DNA of 62,388 bases, counting the filler, from Actinomycetota bacterium (GTDB lineage Bacteria; Actinomycetota; Acidimicrobiia; Spongiisociales; UBA4744): NCBI GenBank assembly GCA_013152275.1. It is 4 parts of 4 records of this genome, joined end to end, with 100 filler letters (N's around TTAATTAATTAA, not from the genome) between each part and the next. Parts side by side here need not be neighbours in the genome. Positions count along the whole stretch, not along the records: positions 16,198 to 31,814 come from JAADGS010000013.1; positions 31,915 to 47,243 come from JAADGS010000041.1; 2 more parts are not named here. One strand, given 5' to 3'. Positions 29,978-40,311 of the stretch are shown one piece after another. Position 1 is the stretch's first letter. Each line of letters starts with the position of its first letter. The notes beneath the pieces are model-generated. The model worked only from the letters and a program-made list of their open reading frames with translations. It did no database searches and was not told where the DNA came from. A program made the translations under genes and the position numbers.

Positions 29978-31814
29978 GTGACTCGAGGGCGAGACGGATG
30001 GCATCCTCGACGGTGCGCAGCCGGTTGTCGCAGAGAGATCCCTCCCGAGCGACAAGACCTCGAATACACTGCAGCCCGGGATTCCGGCCGTATCGAGTGG
30101 GCCGAAGAAAGGCCAGGTATCAAGCGCCGCATCACACTTGCGTTGGCAATCGGTCTGCTCGTGGGTCTTCTTCCCGTCCCGAGCGGCGTATCGCGTCCTG
30201 CCTGGGCCCGCCTCTCGACCCATGCCCTCGTGATGGACGCTGCCGGTGGTTCATTCGAATCTCAGGTGGTCGAGATGCCGTTCACCCTGGTCGGACTGAC
30301 TTGGACCGGGCGGGCCCCGAAGCACATCTGGGCGCGAACACGAACCGACGGCGTGTGGAGTCCTTGGCGTGAACTGGAACTCGATGACGGTCATGCTCCC
30401 GATCTCGACACCGCCGAGTTCCGAAGACGGCGGTTCGCCACACCTCCCGTCTGGGCCGGCGCCTCGGATGCGGTGCAGTTCCGAACGAGTGAACGTCCGC
30501 GACAGGCCGCCGTGACGCTGGTGGATACGACCGACCGGTCCAAGCCACTGTTTCGAAGGCTGGCCGATCTGCTCACACCACCTTCATCCCAGGCGGCACC
30601 ATCCCAGCCGTTCATCCATCCTCGCACCGACTGGGACCCGACCGACTCGTGTCGACCTTCGAACCCGGCTCCTGTCGGCTACGTTCAGGTCACGATGGCG
30701 TTTGTGCATCACAGCGCCGGCTGGAACACGTACACGCAGGCGCAGGTCCCCTCCTACATTCTCGGCATCTGCTCCTACCACGTGAACACACGAGGCTGGA
30801 ACGACATCGGCTACAACTTCGTCGTCGACCGTTTCGGCGGCGTGTGGGAGGGGCGAAAGGGCGGCATCGACAAAGGCGTCCAGGGGGCGCACACGCAAGG
30901 ATTCAACTCCTACTCCACGGGTGTCGTCCTTCTCGGCAGCTTCCAGAACACCGGGTATCTGCCCTCGCAGGCTGCCCAGGACAGCCTCGTCGACCTCCTC
31001 GCCTGGAAGTTCTCGATTCACAACATCGATCCGCTGGGCACGACGACGGTCGTCTCCAAAGGTTCGCTGAAGTACGCCCAGGGCACGCGGGTGACCCTCA
31101 ACGACATCAGTGGGCATCGCGACGCTCAGGCCACCGCCTGTCCAGGTGACGATCTCTACGTCTTGTTGCCGGAGATCCGTCAACGCGTGGCGGCCCTGTG
31201 GCAACCCATCCCGCAGGACACCTACGTGCACCCCCTTGTTGGAGATTTCACCGGAGACGGCATCGAGGACGGTGCGGCGTTTCGTCCGGCGGACGGCACG
31301 TGGTGGGTCACCGACGGGGCGGCTCCGACGTCACCTCCTCGGATCTGGGCCGATTACACGACCAACACCGGCTGGACCCGACAGGTGGTCGGTGATTTCA
31401 ATGGGGACGGCCGAGACGACATCGCCAACTTCCACCCGTCGAACAGCACCTGGTGGGTGTCCCTCTCAACCGGCACCGGCTTCGCCACCAGTCTGTGGTC
31501 GGATCTCACACCGAACTCGGGCTGGGGCGATCAGCTCGTCGGCGACTTCAACGGGGACGGCAGAGACGACATCGCCAACTTCTGGACCCCGAGCGCCCAA
31601 TGGTTCGTCTCGCTCTCCAACGGCTCGACCTTCACGACCAGCCTCTGGTCGGATCTCACACCGGACTCGGGCTGGGGCGATCAGCTCGTCGGCGACTTCA
31701 ATGGCGACGGCAGAGACGACATCGCCAACTTCTGGACCTCAGACGTCCAATGGTTCGTCTCGCTCTCCAACGGCTCGACGTTCGCCACCAGCCTGTGGTC
31801 GGATCTCACACTGG
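29978..31814 (+). CDS. Secreted N-acetylmuramoyl-L-alanine amidase (Amidase_2/PGRP-like) with FG-GAP/VCBS repeats; 3' truncated by gap
   Basis: VHHSAG, DIGYNF, GAHTQGFN, GHRD, TACPG; GDFNGDGRDD repeats; true start probably near 30119-30143. Confidence 0.88.
31493..31810 (+). repeat. 150-nt intragenic tandem repeat (50-aa FG-GAP unit)
   Basis: SLWSDLTP.SGWGDQLVGDFNGDGRDDIANFWT repeated with near-identical DNA; probably caused the contig break. Confidence 0.85.
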
Positions 31815-31914
31815 NNNNNNNNNNNNNNNNNNNNNNNNNNNNNNNNNNNNNNNNNNNNTTAATTAATTAANNNNNNNNNNNNNNNNNNNNNNNNNNNNNN
31901 NNNNNNNNNNNNNN
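31815..31914. other. Artificial contig spacer
   Basis: N-run with TTAATTAATTAA. Confidence 0.97.
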
Positions 31915-32095
31915 ATCAACATGGCACGAGAGCGTAGCGCCCTCGGTGTCCCCGACCGACACTCCCCTCCCAAAAACCCCGAACCCAGGGCTCAGGGGGG
32001 TCGCCACGACCCCCCTGAGCCCTGGGTTCGGGGTTTTTGGGAGGGGAGTGTCGGTCGGGGACACCGAGGGCGCTACGCTCTCGTGCCATGTTGAT
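31915..32095. repeat. Perfect inverted repeat, 89-bp arms with 3-nt loop (outer arm probably an assembly artefact)
   Basis: 31915-32003 is the exact reverse complement of 32007-32095; loop CCA. Confidence 0.85.
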
Positions 32096-32729
32096 CGCTT
32101 CGGACACCCTCTGGTACGCCCAGACGAACACGTATGTGGTCGCTCCCGATGTGGGAGGCCCAGCGGTGATCATCGATGCTCCGCCCGAGCCGGAGGCGGT
32201 TGTCGCTCTCGTGGCCCGTTACGACCTGAAACCGGTCGCCCTTTTGCTCACCCATGGGCACGTCGACCACATGGGCGGCGCGGGAGCCGTCGTCGAGCGA
32301 ACCGGCGCGCCGGCCTATGTCCATCCCGACGACGACTTCCTCACCCTTCACCCGCTGGAGCAACTCAGGGTCCTCTTCGGGATGACTCCGGACGGTGACT
32401 TCGATCCGCCGCGGCGGTTCGAGCATCTTGTGGACGGGGCGGCTCTGCACCTTGCGGGGCTCGATATCGAGGTGCTGCACACGCCGGGCCACACCCCTGG
32501 ACACTGCTGTTTCCTCCTGCAGGACACGCTGTTCTCCGGGGATCATCTCTTCGCAGGCTCGATCGGGCGAACAGACCTTCCGGGCGGCGACATGGCGACG
32601 CTACTGGAGAGCATGAAGGCCAAGATCCTGCCGCTGTCGGATGAGACCGCCGTGTATCCGGGGCATGGTCCCGCGACTACGATGCGTGTCGAACGTCGCA
32701 GCAACCCGTTCCTTCGAAACCTCCAGTGA
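32088..32729 (+). CDS. MBL-fold metallo-hydrolase (glyoxalase II-like)
   Basis: THGHVDH, HTPGHTPG, FSGD, PGHG; usual position upstream of hisS. Confidence 0.92.
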   Translation: MLIASDTLWYAQTNTYVVAPDVGGPAVIIDAPPEPEAVVALVARYDLKPVALLLTHGHVDHMGGAGAVVERTGAPAYVHPDDDFLTLHPLEQLRVLFGMTPDGDFDPPRRFEHLVDGAALHLAGLDIEVLHTPGHTPGHCCFLLQDTLFSGDHLFAGSIGRTDLPGGDMATLLESMKAKILPLSDETAVYPGHGPATTMRVERRSNPFLRNLQ

Positions 32730-33946
32730 TACGCGCACCAAAAGGCACCGACGATATCCTGCCTCCAGTCTCCCGGACATGGCGGAGGCTCCTTCGCGCG
32801 TGGGACGATCTGACCGAGCGGTACGGATACGATCTCACGATCACGCCGACCTTCGAAGCCACCGAGGTGTTCTCTCGTGGCGTGGGTGAGGCGAACGAGA
32901 TGGTCGAGAAACAGATGTACACCTTCGTCGACAAGGGCGGCCGTTCCCTCACACTGCGACCCGAAGGAACCGCATCGATCATGCGGGCCCACCTGCAGGC
33001 AGGCGGCAGCGGCATCCGCAAGGCGGCATATTGGGGACCGATGTTCCGGTATGAGCGTCCGCAGGCGGGCCGTCGGCGCCAGTTCTACCAGCTGGGTGTC
33101 GAGTACATCGGTACCGGGTCACCGCTCGCAGATGCGGAAGTCATCGAACTCGGCTACCGCTATCTCGTCGCGGCGGGCGTGACCGGGCTGGTGGTCGTGG
33201 TGAACTCGATCGGTGACGGCGTCTGCCGTCCCGACTACCTCGAGCGTTTGCGCTCCTACCTGCGAGAGCGTGAGGACCGACTGTGTGCGGACAGCCGGAG
33301 CCGGATCGAGACCAATCCCATGCGGGTGCTCGACTGCAAGATGTGCAAACCGGTCGTTGCCGACGCTCCGGTACCGGTCGACGACCTGTGCGACGACTGC
33401 CGGCGGCACTACGACCAGGTCAAGAAGACGCTGAGCACACTCGACGTTCCGTATCGCGAGGACCCGCATCTCGTGAGGGGGCTCGACTACTACACCCGGA
33501 CCGCGTTCGAGTACGTCGCCACCGGGCTGGATGCGGCCCAGAATGCGGTTGGCGGGGGAGGCCGCTACGACGGGCTCGCGGAGACCCTTGGAGGACATTC
33601 CACTCCCGGCGTGGGTCTCGCGATGGGCCTCGACCGCATCGTGCTCGCGTCCGATCGTGACGGGACGGACGGCGGATTGGACGTTTTCATCGTTGTGGCA
33701 GATCGTCCATTGGAGAACGACGCGGTTCGCCTGGCCTCGGAACTGCGCGAGAGGGGATACAAGGTCGACTTCGATCCGGATGGAAGACCGGTGAAGACCC
33801 AGTTCAAGATCGCAGCCCGTCGTGGTGCCGCGAGGGTCCTCGTGGTAGGCGAGGAATGGAAACGAGGGGCTGTGACGGCGAAAGACATGGAGACGGGGCA
33901 TCAACGGGAGATCCCCATCGAGGAGGTTTCGGAATGGCTGAGCTAG
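32726..33946 (+). CDS. hisS: Histidine--tRNA ligase
   Basis: LRPEGTA, FRYERPQAGR, VRGLDYY, GGGRYDGL. Confidence 0.97.
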   Translation: MIRAPKGTDDILPPVSRTWRRLLRAWDDLTERYGYDLTITPTFEATEVFSRGVGEANEMVEKQMYTFVDKGGRSLTLRPEGTASIMRAHLQAGGSGIRKAAYWGPMFRYERPQAGRRRQFYQLGVEYIGTGSPLADAEVIELGYRYLVAAGVTGLVVVVNSIGDGVCRPDYLERLRSYLREREDRLCADSRSRIETNPMRVLDCKMCKPVVADAPVPVDDLCDDCRRHYDQVKKTLSTLDVPYREDPHLVRGLDYYTRTAFEYVATGLDAAQNAVGGGGRYDGLAETLGGHSTPGVGLAMGLDRIVLASDRDGTDGGLDVFIVVADRPLENDAVRLASELRERGYKVDFDPDGRPVKTQFKIAARRGAARVLVVGEEWKRGAVTAKDMETGHQREIPIEEVSEWLS

Positions 33947-35700
33947 ACGGCATGTACCGCAACGCGTACGCCGGAGAAGTGACGGCGGAACGTGTGGGGG
34001 AGACCGTCCGGCTTGCCGGCTGGGTGAGCCGCCGGCGCGACCACGGGGGAATCGTGTTCATCGATGTGCGCGACGCCACGGGGATCGTGCAGGCGGTGAT
34101 CGACCCGGAGCAACTTCCCGGTGCTCATCGGCTGAAGATGGAGTACGTGATCTCGGCGGAGGGGCAGATTCGCAGGCGCCCGGAGGGCACCGAGAATCTC
34201 GACATGCCCACCGGTCAGGTCGAGATCACCGTCTCGGAGTTGAAGATCCTGTCCACGGCAGACGCCCTCCCTTTCATGATCGACGACCGGGTCGACGTCG
34301 ACGAACTCATCCGGCTCGAGTACCGGTACCTGGATCTTCGTCGGCCGAGAATGGCCGCGAACCTGCGTGCCCGTTCGACGGCCCTGAGGGCAATGCGCAA
34401 CGTACTGGACGAGCTCGGCTTCATGGAGGTCGACACGCCGACCCTGATCCGTTCCACCCCCGAAGGCGCCCGTGACATGCTGGTTCCCTCTCGGCTCCGA
34501 AAGGGATCCTTCTACGCATTGCCGCAGTCTCCACAGCTGTTCAAACAGCTGCTCATGGTCGCCGGCGTCGACCGCTACTACCAGGTTGCCCGCTGCTACC
34601 GGGACGAGGATTTCCGGAGCGACCGTCAGGTGGAGTTCACCCAGCTGGACGTTGAAGGTGCCTTCTGGGGCCGTGAAGGTGTTTTCGCAACCTTCGAGGC
34701 CGTGGTCGTCGAGGTCGTGCGACTCCTGCGCGGGCACGCTCCGACCATTCCGTTTCCCCGCATGACCTGGCAGGATGTCATGGACACCTACGGTACCGAC
34801 AAGCCGGATCTTCGTTTCGGGATGCAGATTCATGATCTGGGTGCCGTGTTCGCCGACTCGGGGTTCGGCGTATTCTCGTCCGTGCTCGCGCAGGGCGGCA
34901 GCATCAAAGGCATCAACGCCGGCAAGCTGGGGCTCTCCCGGTCCGGCTTGGACGGCCTGGTCGAGAGAGCCAGGGAGCTGGGAGCGAAGGGTCTCGTGTG
35001 GCTCATCGTGGAGGAAGACGGTCTTCGATCGCCCGTCGCCAAGTTCCTCTCCGAGGAAGAACGAGCCGGCCTGATCGGCGAGTTCGATGCGACCGAAGGC
35101 GACCTCTTGCTGCTGGCCGCCGATACGCCCCGTACCGCAGCCGCAGTACTCGGACAGCTACGCATCGACCTCGGCGCGCCGCAAGGACACGACGAGTTGT
35201 CATTTCTGTGGGTGACGGATTTCCCGGTGTTCGAGGTCGGAGACGGCGGAACCCTCACACCGGCTCATCACCCGTTCACCGCGCCGCTCGATGTCGACGA
35301 GATGCGCGATACACCCGAAACGGCCATTTCGCAATCCTACGACCTGGTGCTCAACGGTTCGGAACTCGGATCCGGCAGCGTGAGGATCCACGATCCTTCG
35401 GTGCAGCGGCAGGTGTTCGAGATCCTCGGCATCACCGAAGAGGACGCCGAGCGGCGGTTCGGCTGGTTTGTGAAAGGCCTGCGGTTTGGAACGCCACCGC
35501 ATGCAGGCTTTGCTCTCGGAGTAGACCGTCTGCTCGCGTTGCTGCAGCAAGAGCGCTCGATTCGTGAAGTCATCCCGTTCCCGAAAACCCAGACGGGGCT
35601 CGATCCGATGAGTGGATCACCGACTCCCGTGGACGACACCCAGCTGAAAGAGCTTGGGGTGGAGCTGCGCCCGGAAGTGAAGGCAGAACTCGACGGCTGA
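33934..35700 (+). CDS. aspS: Aspartate--tRNA ligase (probably non-discriminating Asp/Asn type)
   Basis: RRDHGG (His typical of ND-AspRS), LPQSPQLFKQ, YRDED, PPHAG. Confidence 0.96.
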   Translation: MAELDGMYRNAYAGEVTAERVGETVRLAGWVSRRRDHGGIVFIDVRDATGIVQAVIDPEQLPGAHRLKMEYVISAEGQIRRRPEGTENLDMPTGQVEITVSELKILSTADALPFMIDDRVDVDELIRLEYRYLDLRRPRMAANLRARSTALRAMRNVLDELGFMEVDTPTLIRSTPEGARDMLVPSRLRKGSFYALPQSPQLFKQLLMVAGVDRYYQVARCYRDEDFRSDRQVEFTQLDVEGAFWGREGVFATFEAVVVEVVRLLRGHAPTIPFPRMTWQDVMDTYGTDKPDLRFGMQIHDLGAVFADSGFGVFSSVLAQGGSIKGINAGKLGLSRSGLDGLVERARELGAKGLVWLIVEEDGLRSPVAKFLSEEERAGLIGEFDATEGDLLLLAADTPRTAAAVLGQLRIDLGAPQGHDELSFLWVTDFPVFEVGDGGTLTPAHHPFTAPLDVDEMRDTPETAISQSYDLVLNGSELGSGSVRIHDPSVQRQVFEILGITEEDAERRFGWFVKGLRFGTPPHAGFALGVDRLLALLQQERSIREVIPFPKTQTGLDPMSGSPTPVDDTQLKELGVELRPEVKAELDG

Positions 35701-35701
35701 C

Positions 35702-37045
35702 ATGGACGACCTGTTCGCAGCCCACCGGTCGGAAGTGAAGTCCAAGGTGGCTCCACTCGCGTCACGCATGCGTCCCACGACACTCGACGAAGTCGTTGGT
35801 CAACCACATCTGGTGGGGCCTGGTGCGGCGTTCCGCCGCCTACTCGAAGCAGGACGGCCGATCTCGATGATCCTGTGGGGCCCGCCCGGAACGGGGAAGA
35901 CGACACTTGCACGGCTGGTCGCGGGGACTTCAGGCGCCCGGTTCGAACAGCTCTCGGCGACGGCTGCCGGGGTCAAGGACGTTCGACGGATCCTGCGCGA
36001 AGCGGAGCGCAGGCTCGGTGAGGAGAGCCGCCGGACGGTGCTGTTCCTCGACGAGATCCATCGCTTCTCGAAGTCACAACAGGACGCTCTCCTTCCTGGC
36101 GTCGAGGATGGGACGATCATTCTCGTGGGAGCGACCACGGAGAACCCGTTCTTCGAAGTGAACTCGCCGCTGATCTCCCGGGCCAGCCTGTTCCGGCTCG
36201 AGAAGATCGAACCCGAGGAGCTTGGAGTGTTGATCGACCGGGCGATCTCCGACACGGAGCGAGGATTGGGTGGAACCGGCGTCTGCTTGGAGACCGAGGC
36301 TCGAACGGCACTCACCGAACGTGTCGGTGGAGACGCCAGGGCGGCACTGAACGCTCTCGAGATAGCAGCTTCCCTCGCGCTCGGTGCGAAGCGAGTCGAG
36401 ATCGGCCTGGACGATGTGGCGGAGGCCTTGCAGCGCCGCATCGTCCTGTACGACAAGTCGGGCGATCGCCACTACGACGTGATCTCCGCATTCATCAAGA
36501 GTCTGCGGGGTTCCGACCCGGACGCAGCCCTGTACTGGTTGCACACGATGCTCGTGGCAGGTGAGGATCCCGAGTTCATCATGCGCAGGATGATCATCTT
36601 CGCGTCCGAGGACGTTGGTCTGGCCGACCGGCACGCGCTGCCCCTGGTGATCGCCGCATCCCAGGCCCTTGCCTACACGGGACTCCCCGAGGCCACCTAC
36701 GCGCTGACACACGCTGCCCTCCACCTTGCGACCGCCGTCAAGTCCAACACGGTCGCCGTCTCGATTCGCAAGGCGCACGAGGCAGTCGAGGAGACCGTGG
36801 GTGCGGACGTGCCGGTCCACCTTCGCTCCGCCGCGTACCCGGGAGCCGAGAAACTGGGGCACGGCATCGGCTATCGCTATCCGCATGACTACGAGGGACA
36901 CGTCGTTGCCCAGCAGTACCTTCCCGACGAGGCGGTTGGACGTGAGCTGTTCACTCCCGTCGACCAGGGGGACGAAGCCGGTATCAGAGAGCGTATCGCA
37001 GCATGGCGACGGTACCTCGAAGGCAAGGAACGGCGTGAAACGTGA
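35702..37045 (+). CDS. rarA: Replication-associated recombination protein A
   Basis: PLASRMRP, GPPGTGKT, DEIHRF, GATTENP, SAFIKS. Confidence 0.95.
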   Translation: MDDLFAAHRSEVKSKVAPLASRMRPTTLDEVVGQPHLVGPGAAFRRLLEAGRPISMILWGPPGTGKTTLARLVAGTSGARFEQLSATAAGVKDVRRILREAERRLGEESRRTVLFLDEIHRFSKSQQDALLPGVEDGTIILVGATTENPFFEVNSPLISRASLFRLEKIEPEELGVLIDRAISDTERGLGGTGVCLETEARTALTERVGGDARAALNALEIAASLALGAKRVEIGLDDVAEALQRRIVLYDKSGDRHYDVISAFIKSLRGSDPDAALYWLHTMLVAGEDPEFIMRRMIIFASEDVGLADRHALPLVIAASQALAYTGLPEATYALTHAALHLATAVKSNTVAVSIRKAHEAVEETVGADVPVHLRSAAYPGAEKLGHGIGYRYPHDYEGHVVAQQYLPDEAVGRELFTPVDQGDEAGIRERIAAWRRYLEGKERRET

Positions 37046-37084
37046 CGCAAGTGACACCTGGCCGTCTGCACTAACCTGCCTGCC

Positions 37085-37273
37085 ATGATGGTGAGGCTGT
37101 GGTGGTTCCTGCTCGGTGCAGGCTCGGGAGCGTGGGGCACGATCTGGTTATTGAGGCGCATGCAGCGGGCGCGAGCGGCGTTGGCTCCGGCGAACGTCGC
37201 GAGGCAGAGCGCGCTGGCGGTCGCCGATGTTCTCGCAGCCGGAGGCAGACGTCTCGCGAGTGACCACCGCTAA
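37085..37273 (+). CDS. Small membrane protein upstream of alaS (DUF6167-like)
   Basis: RLWWFLLGAGSGAWGTIW...LAPANV; TAACCT -10 box 7 nt upstream. Confidence 0.65.
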   Translation: MMVRLWWFLLGAGSGAWGTIWLLRRMQRARAALAPANVARQSALAVADVLAAGGRRLASDHR

Positions 37274-37285
37274 CCTGGGTGTTTC

Positions 37286-39907
37286 ATGGACTCCACACGC
37301 ATACGTTCATCATTTCTGCGCTTCTTCGAGGAGAGAGACCACGTCGTTCGTCCCTCGGCGTCGCTGATTCCCGTCGATCCCACCCTCCTGCTCACCAACG
37401 CCGGCATGGTTCCCTTCAAACCGTATTTCCTTGGTGAAGAGCCCGCACCGTTTCCGAGAGCGGTGTCGGTGCAGAAGAGCTTCCGCACGGTCGATATCGA
37501 CATCATCGGGACGACGGCGCGACATTTCACCTTTTTCGAGATGCTGGGGAACTTCAGTTTTGGGGACTACTTCAAGGAGAAGGCGATCCCCTACGCATAC
37601 GAACTCGTCACCGAAGTGTTCGGCATCGACCCGGAGCTGTTGTGGTTCACGGTGTATGAAACCGATGACGAGGCCGCCGAGATCTGGATCGACGGCGTGG
37701 GCATTCCCCCGCACAGGGTGCAGCGCCGGGGAAGGGACAACTTCTGGCAGATGGGCGTGCCGGGTCCAGCCGGTCCCTGCTCGGAGATCTTCTTCGATCG
37801 TGGTCCCCGGTACGGTGCAGACGGCGGTCCGGCGGTCGACGAAGAGCGCTTCATCGAGATCTGGAATCTCGTGTTCATGCAGAACGTCCAGGATCGGCCG
37901 TATCACGTCATCGGAGACCTTCCGGCCAAGAGCATCGACACCGGTATGGGACTCGAACGCGTCGCGATGGTGTTGCAGGGCAAGGAGACGGTGTTCGACA
38001 TCGATACGGTTCGGCCGGTTCTCGCGGTGGCGGAACGCCATGCCGGAGTCGAATACGGCCACGATCCCCTCACGGACGTGTCGCTGCGGGTGCTGGCCGA
38101 TCACGGCAGATCGATGACGGTTCTCATCGCAGATGGAGTCGTACCCTCGAACGAAGGTCGTGGTTACGTGCTGCGCCGGGTCCTGCGAAGGGCGGTGCGC
38201 CACGCCTGGACACTCGGCGGCAAGGGCGCAGTGACGCCCAAGCTCGTCGAAGCGACGATCGAGGTGCTCGCCGAGGGCTATCCGGAGCTACTCGACAAGA
38301 AGAGCTTCATACAAGAGGTCGTCGCCCGGGAAGAAGAGCGGTTTCGACACACGCTCGCCTCGGGTCACAATCTGCTCGATCAGGCACTCACCACCCTGCA
38401 GTCCGGAGACCGCCTCTCCGGCTCGGTGGTGTTCAAGCTGCACGACACATATGGCTTTCCTGTCGAGCTCACCACCGAGATAGCGCGAGAGCAGGGCGTC
38501 GAGGTCGACCTCGACGCGTTCGAGAGCGAGATGGCCGAGCAGAGGGCCAGGGCTCGTTCCGCATGGCGCGGCGGCGAAGAGGCCGGCGACACCGACTCCT
38601 ACCGGCGGCTCCTCGATCGGGTCGGACCATCCGAGTTCCTCGGCTACGGCGACCTGATCGCACGTGCCGCGGTGGTTGCCGTGGTCAGAGACGGCGAGTC
38701 TCTGGAAGGCGCGGAGGAAGGTGAGACGGTGGAGGTGTTCCTCGACCGGACGCCGTTCTATGCCGAATCCGGGGGACAGGTGGGCGACAAGGGCCTTCTC
38801 GAGGGCGAAGGTGTCCAGTGTGTGGTCTTCGATACGCAGCCGGCCGTACCCGGGCTCACGTCGCACCACGTCAAAGTGACGAAGGGTCGCCTCCGGGTGG
38901 GGCAACACGTCGAAGCGATGGTCGACTCGGCACGGCGCGAGGCAATCTCCAAGAGCCACACAGGGACCCATATCCTGCACTGGTCGCTACGCGAAGTGCT
39001 GGGTGAGCATGTTCATCAGGCAGGATCGCTGAACGAAGCCGGGCGCCTCCGGTTCGACTTCAGCCACTTCGGTGCTCTGTCGCAAGAGGAGTTCTCGGAG
39101 GTTGAGCGACTGGCGAACGAGCAGGTGATCGCGAACGCGGCCGTTCGCACCTTCACGACGAGCATGGACGAAGCTCGCAGCCTCGGGGCGTTGGCGTTCT
39201 TCGGTGACAAGTATGGAGACGTCGTCCGTGTGGTCGAGATCGGTGGCTTCTCGAAGGAACTGTGCGGCGGCACGCACACTCCGACCTCCGGTCAGATCGG
39301 CCCGCTCATCATCCTGGGCGAGTCGTCGATCGGTTCGAACCTGCGCCGCGTGGAGGCCTACTCGGGCGATAACGCCTATGAATATCTGGCCGGGTTGCGC
39401 CGCCGCCTGGGCGAAACGGGCCAGATGCTCAGGTCCAAACCCGAAGAGGTCCCGTTGCGGGTCAGGCAGCTGCTCGATCGGACGCGACACCTCGAGGAAG
39501 AGCTTTCCGTGCTGCGCTCGAAACTGGAAGCGGAGGAAGCGCAGGCGCTCGTGGCGGATGCCACGGAGATTGCAGGAGTGAAGGTCGTGGTGACTGCCCG
39601 AGAGGAGACTCCTCCGGGGCGGCTGCGAGCGCTGGCGTTGGAGATCCGTGACCGTCTTGGCAGTGGGGTTGTCATTGTCGGCAGCAGCCACGGTGGCAAA
39701 GGGGCACTCATCGGTGTGGTCAGCAAGGATCTCGTCGCACGGGGTGTCTCGGCGTCCGAACTCATCTTGCCAGGCGCCCGCAAGCTCGGTGGAGGGGGAA
39801 GCCGTGATCCCGAACTCGCTCAGGCCGGCGGTCCCAGAGGCGGAGAGCTGAGCGCAGCTCTCGACGCGATCAGGGAAGCGGTTGGAGTGGCGTTGACCGG
39901 TCTCTGA
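37286..39907 (+). CDS. alaS: Alanine--tRNA ligase
   Basis: TNAGMVPFK, HFTFFEMLGNFS, DTGMGLER, HTGTH, ELCGGTH. Confidence 0.98.
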   Translation: MDSTRIRSSFLRFFEERDHVVRPSASLIPVDPTLLLTNAGMVPFKPYFLGEEPAPFPRAVSVQKSFRTVDIDIIGTTARHFTFFEMLGNFSFGDYFKEKAIPYAYELVTEVFGIDPELLWFTVYETDDEAAEIWIDGVGIPPHRVQRRGRDNFWQMGVPGPAGPCSEIFFDRGPRYGADGGPAVDEERFIEIWNLVFMQNVQDRPYHVIGDLPAKSIDTGMGLERVAMVLQGKETVFDIDTVRPVLAVAERHAGVEYGHDPLTDVSLRVLADHGRSMTVLIADGVVPSNEGRGYVLRRVLRRAVRHAWTLGGKGAVTPKLVEATIEVLAEGYPELLDKKSFIQEVVAREEERFRHTLASGHNLLDQALTTLQSGDRLSGSVVFKLHDTYGFPVELTTEIAREQGVEVDLDAFESEMAEQRARARSAWRGGEEAGDTDSYRRLLDRVGPSEFLGYGDLIARAAVVAVVRDGESLEGAEEGETVEVFLDRTPFYAESGGQVGDKGLLEGEGVQCVVFDTQPAVPGLTSHHVKVTKGRLRVGQHVEAMVDSARREAISKSHTGTHILHWSLREVLGEHVHQAGSLNEAGRLRFDFSHFGALSQEEFSEVERLANEQVIANAAVRTFTTSMDEARSLGALAFFGDKYGDVVRVVEIGGFSKELCGGTHTPTSGQIGPLIILGESSIGSNLRRVEAYSGDNAYEYLAGLRRRLGETGQMLRSKPEEVPLRVRQLLDRTRHLEEELSVLRSKLEAEEAQALVADATEIAGVKVVVTAREETPPGRLRALALEIRDRLGSGVVIVGSSHGGKGALIGVVSKDLVARGVSASELILPGARKLGGGGSRDPELAQAGGPRGGELSAALDAIREAVGVALTGL

Positions 39908-40311
39908 TGGGCAGCATCCTTGCCTTGGATTACGGAACCACCAGGATCGGTGTGGCGATATCCGACACTCTGCGAATTACCGCACAGCCGCTTGCAGTGA
40001 TTCAGGTCGAAGAGTTCGAAGAACGACTCCGCGAGCTGATCAGGGATCGTGACGTGGACCTGGTCGTCGTCGGGCTGCCGACATCCCTGGACGGCTCAGA
40101 AGGGCCATCGGCCGCCGGAGCACGCCGACTTGCCGAGCGCGTCGGAGCGATTACCGGTGTCACCGTCGAAATGGTCGATGAACGCTTCACGACGGCGACT
40201 GCCGAGCGTGTCCTCGTTGAAGGAAACGTCCGCCGCCGCCGCCGCAGGGAGGTCGTCGACAAGGTCGCCGCGGCCGTGATCTTGCACGGCTACCTGGAGA
40301 CGCTGCCATGA
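39907..40311 (+). CDS. ruvX: Holliday junction resolvase-like / pre-16S rRNA nuclease RuvX (YqgF)
   Basis: ALDYGTTRIGVA, VGLP, DERFTT, VDKVAAAVIL. Confidence 0.95.
   Translation: MGSILALDYGTTRIGVAISDTLRITAQPLAVIQVEEFEERLRELIRDRDVDLVVVGLPTSLDGSEGPSAAGARRLAERVGAITGVTVEMVDERFTTATAERVLVEGNVRRRRRREVVDKVAAAVILHGYLETLP

Noticed and set aside
30061..30070. Fourth ECF promoter (CGAATAC) upstream of the amidase
   Set aside because: No GGAACC 16 nt upstream.
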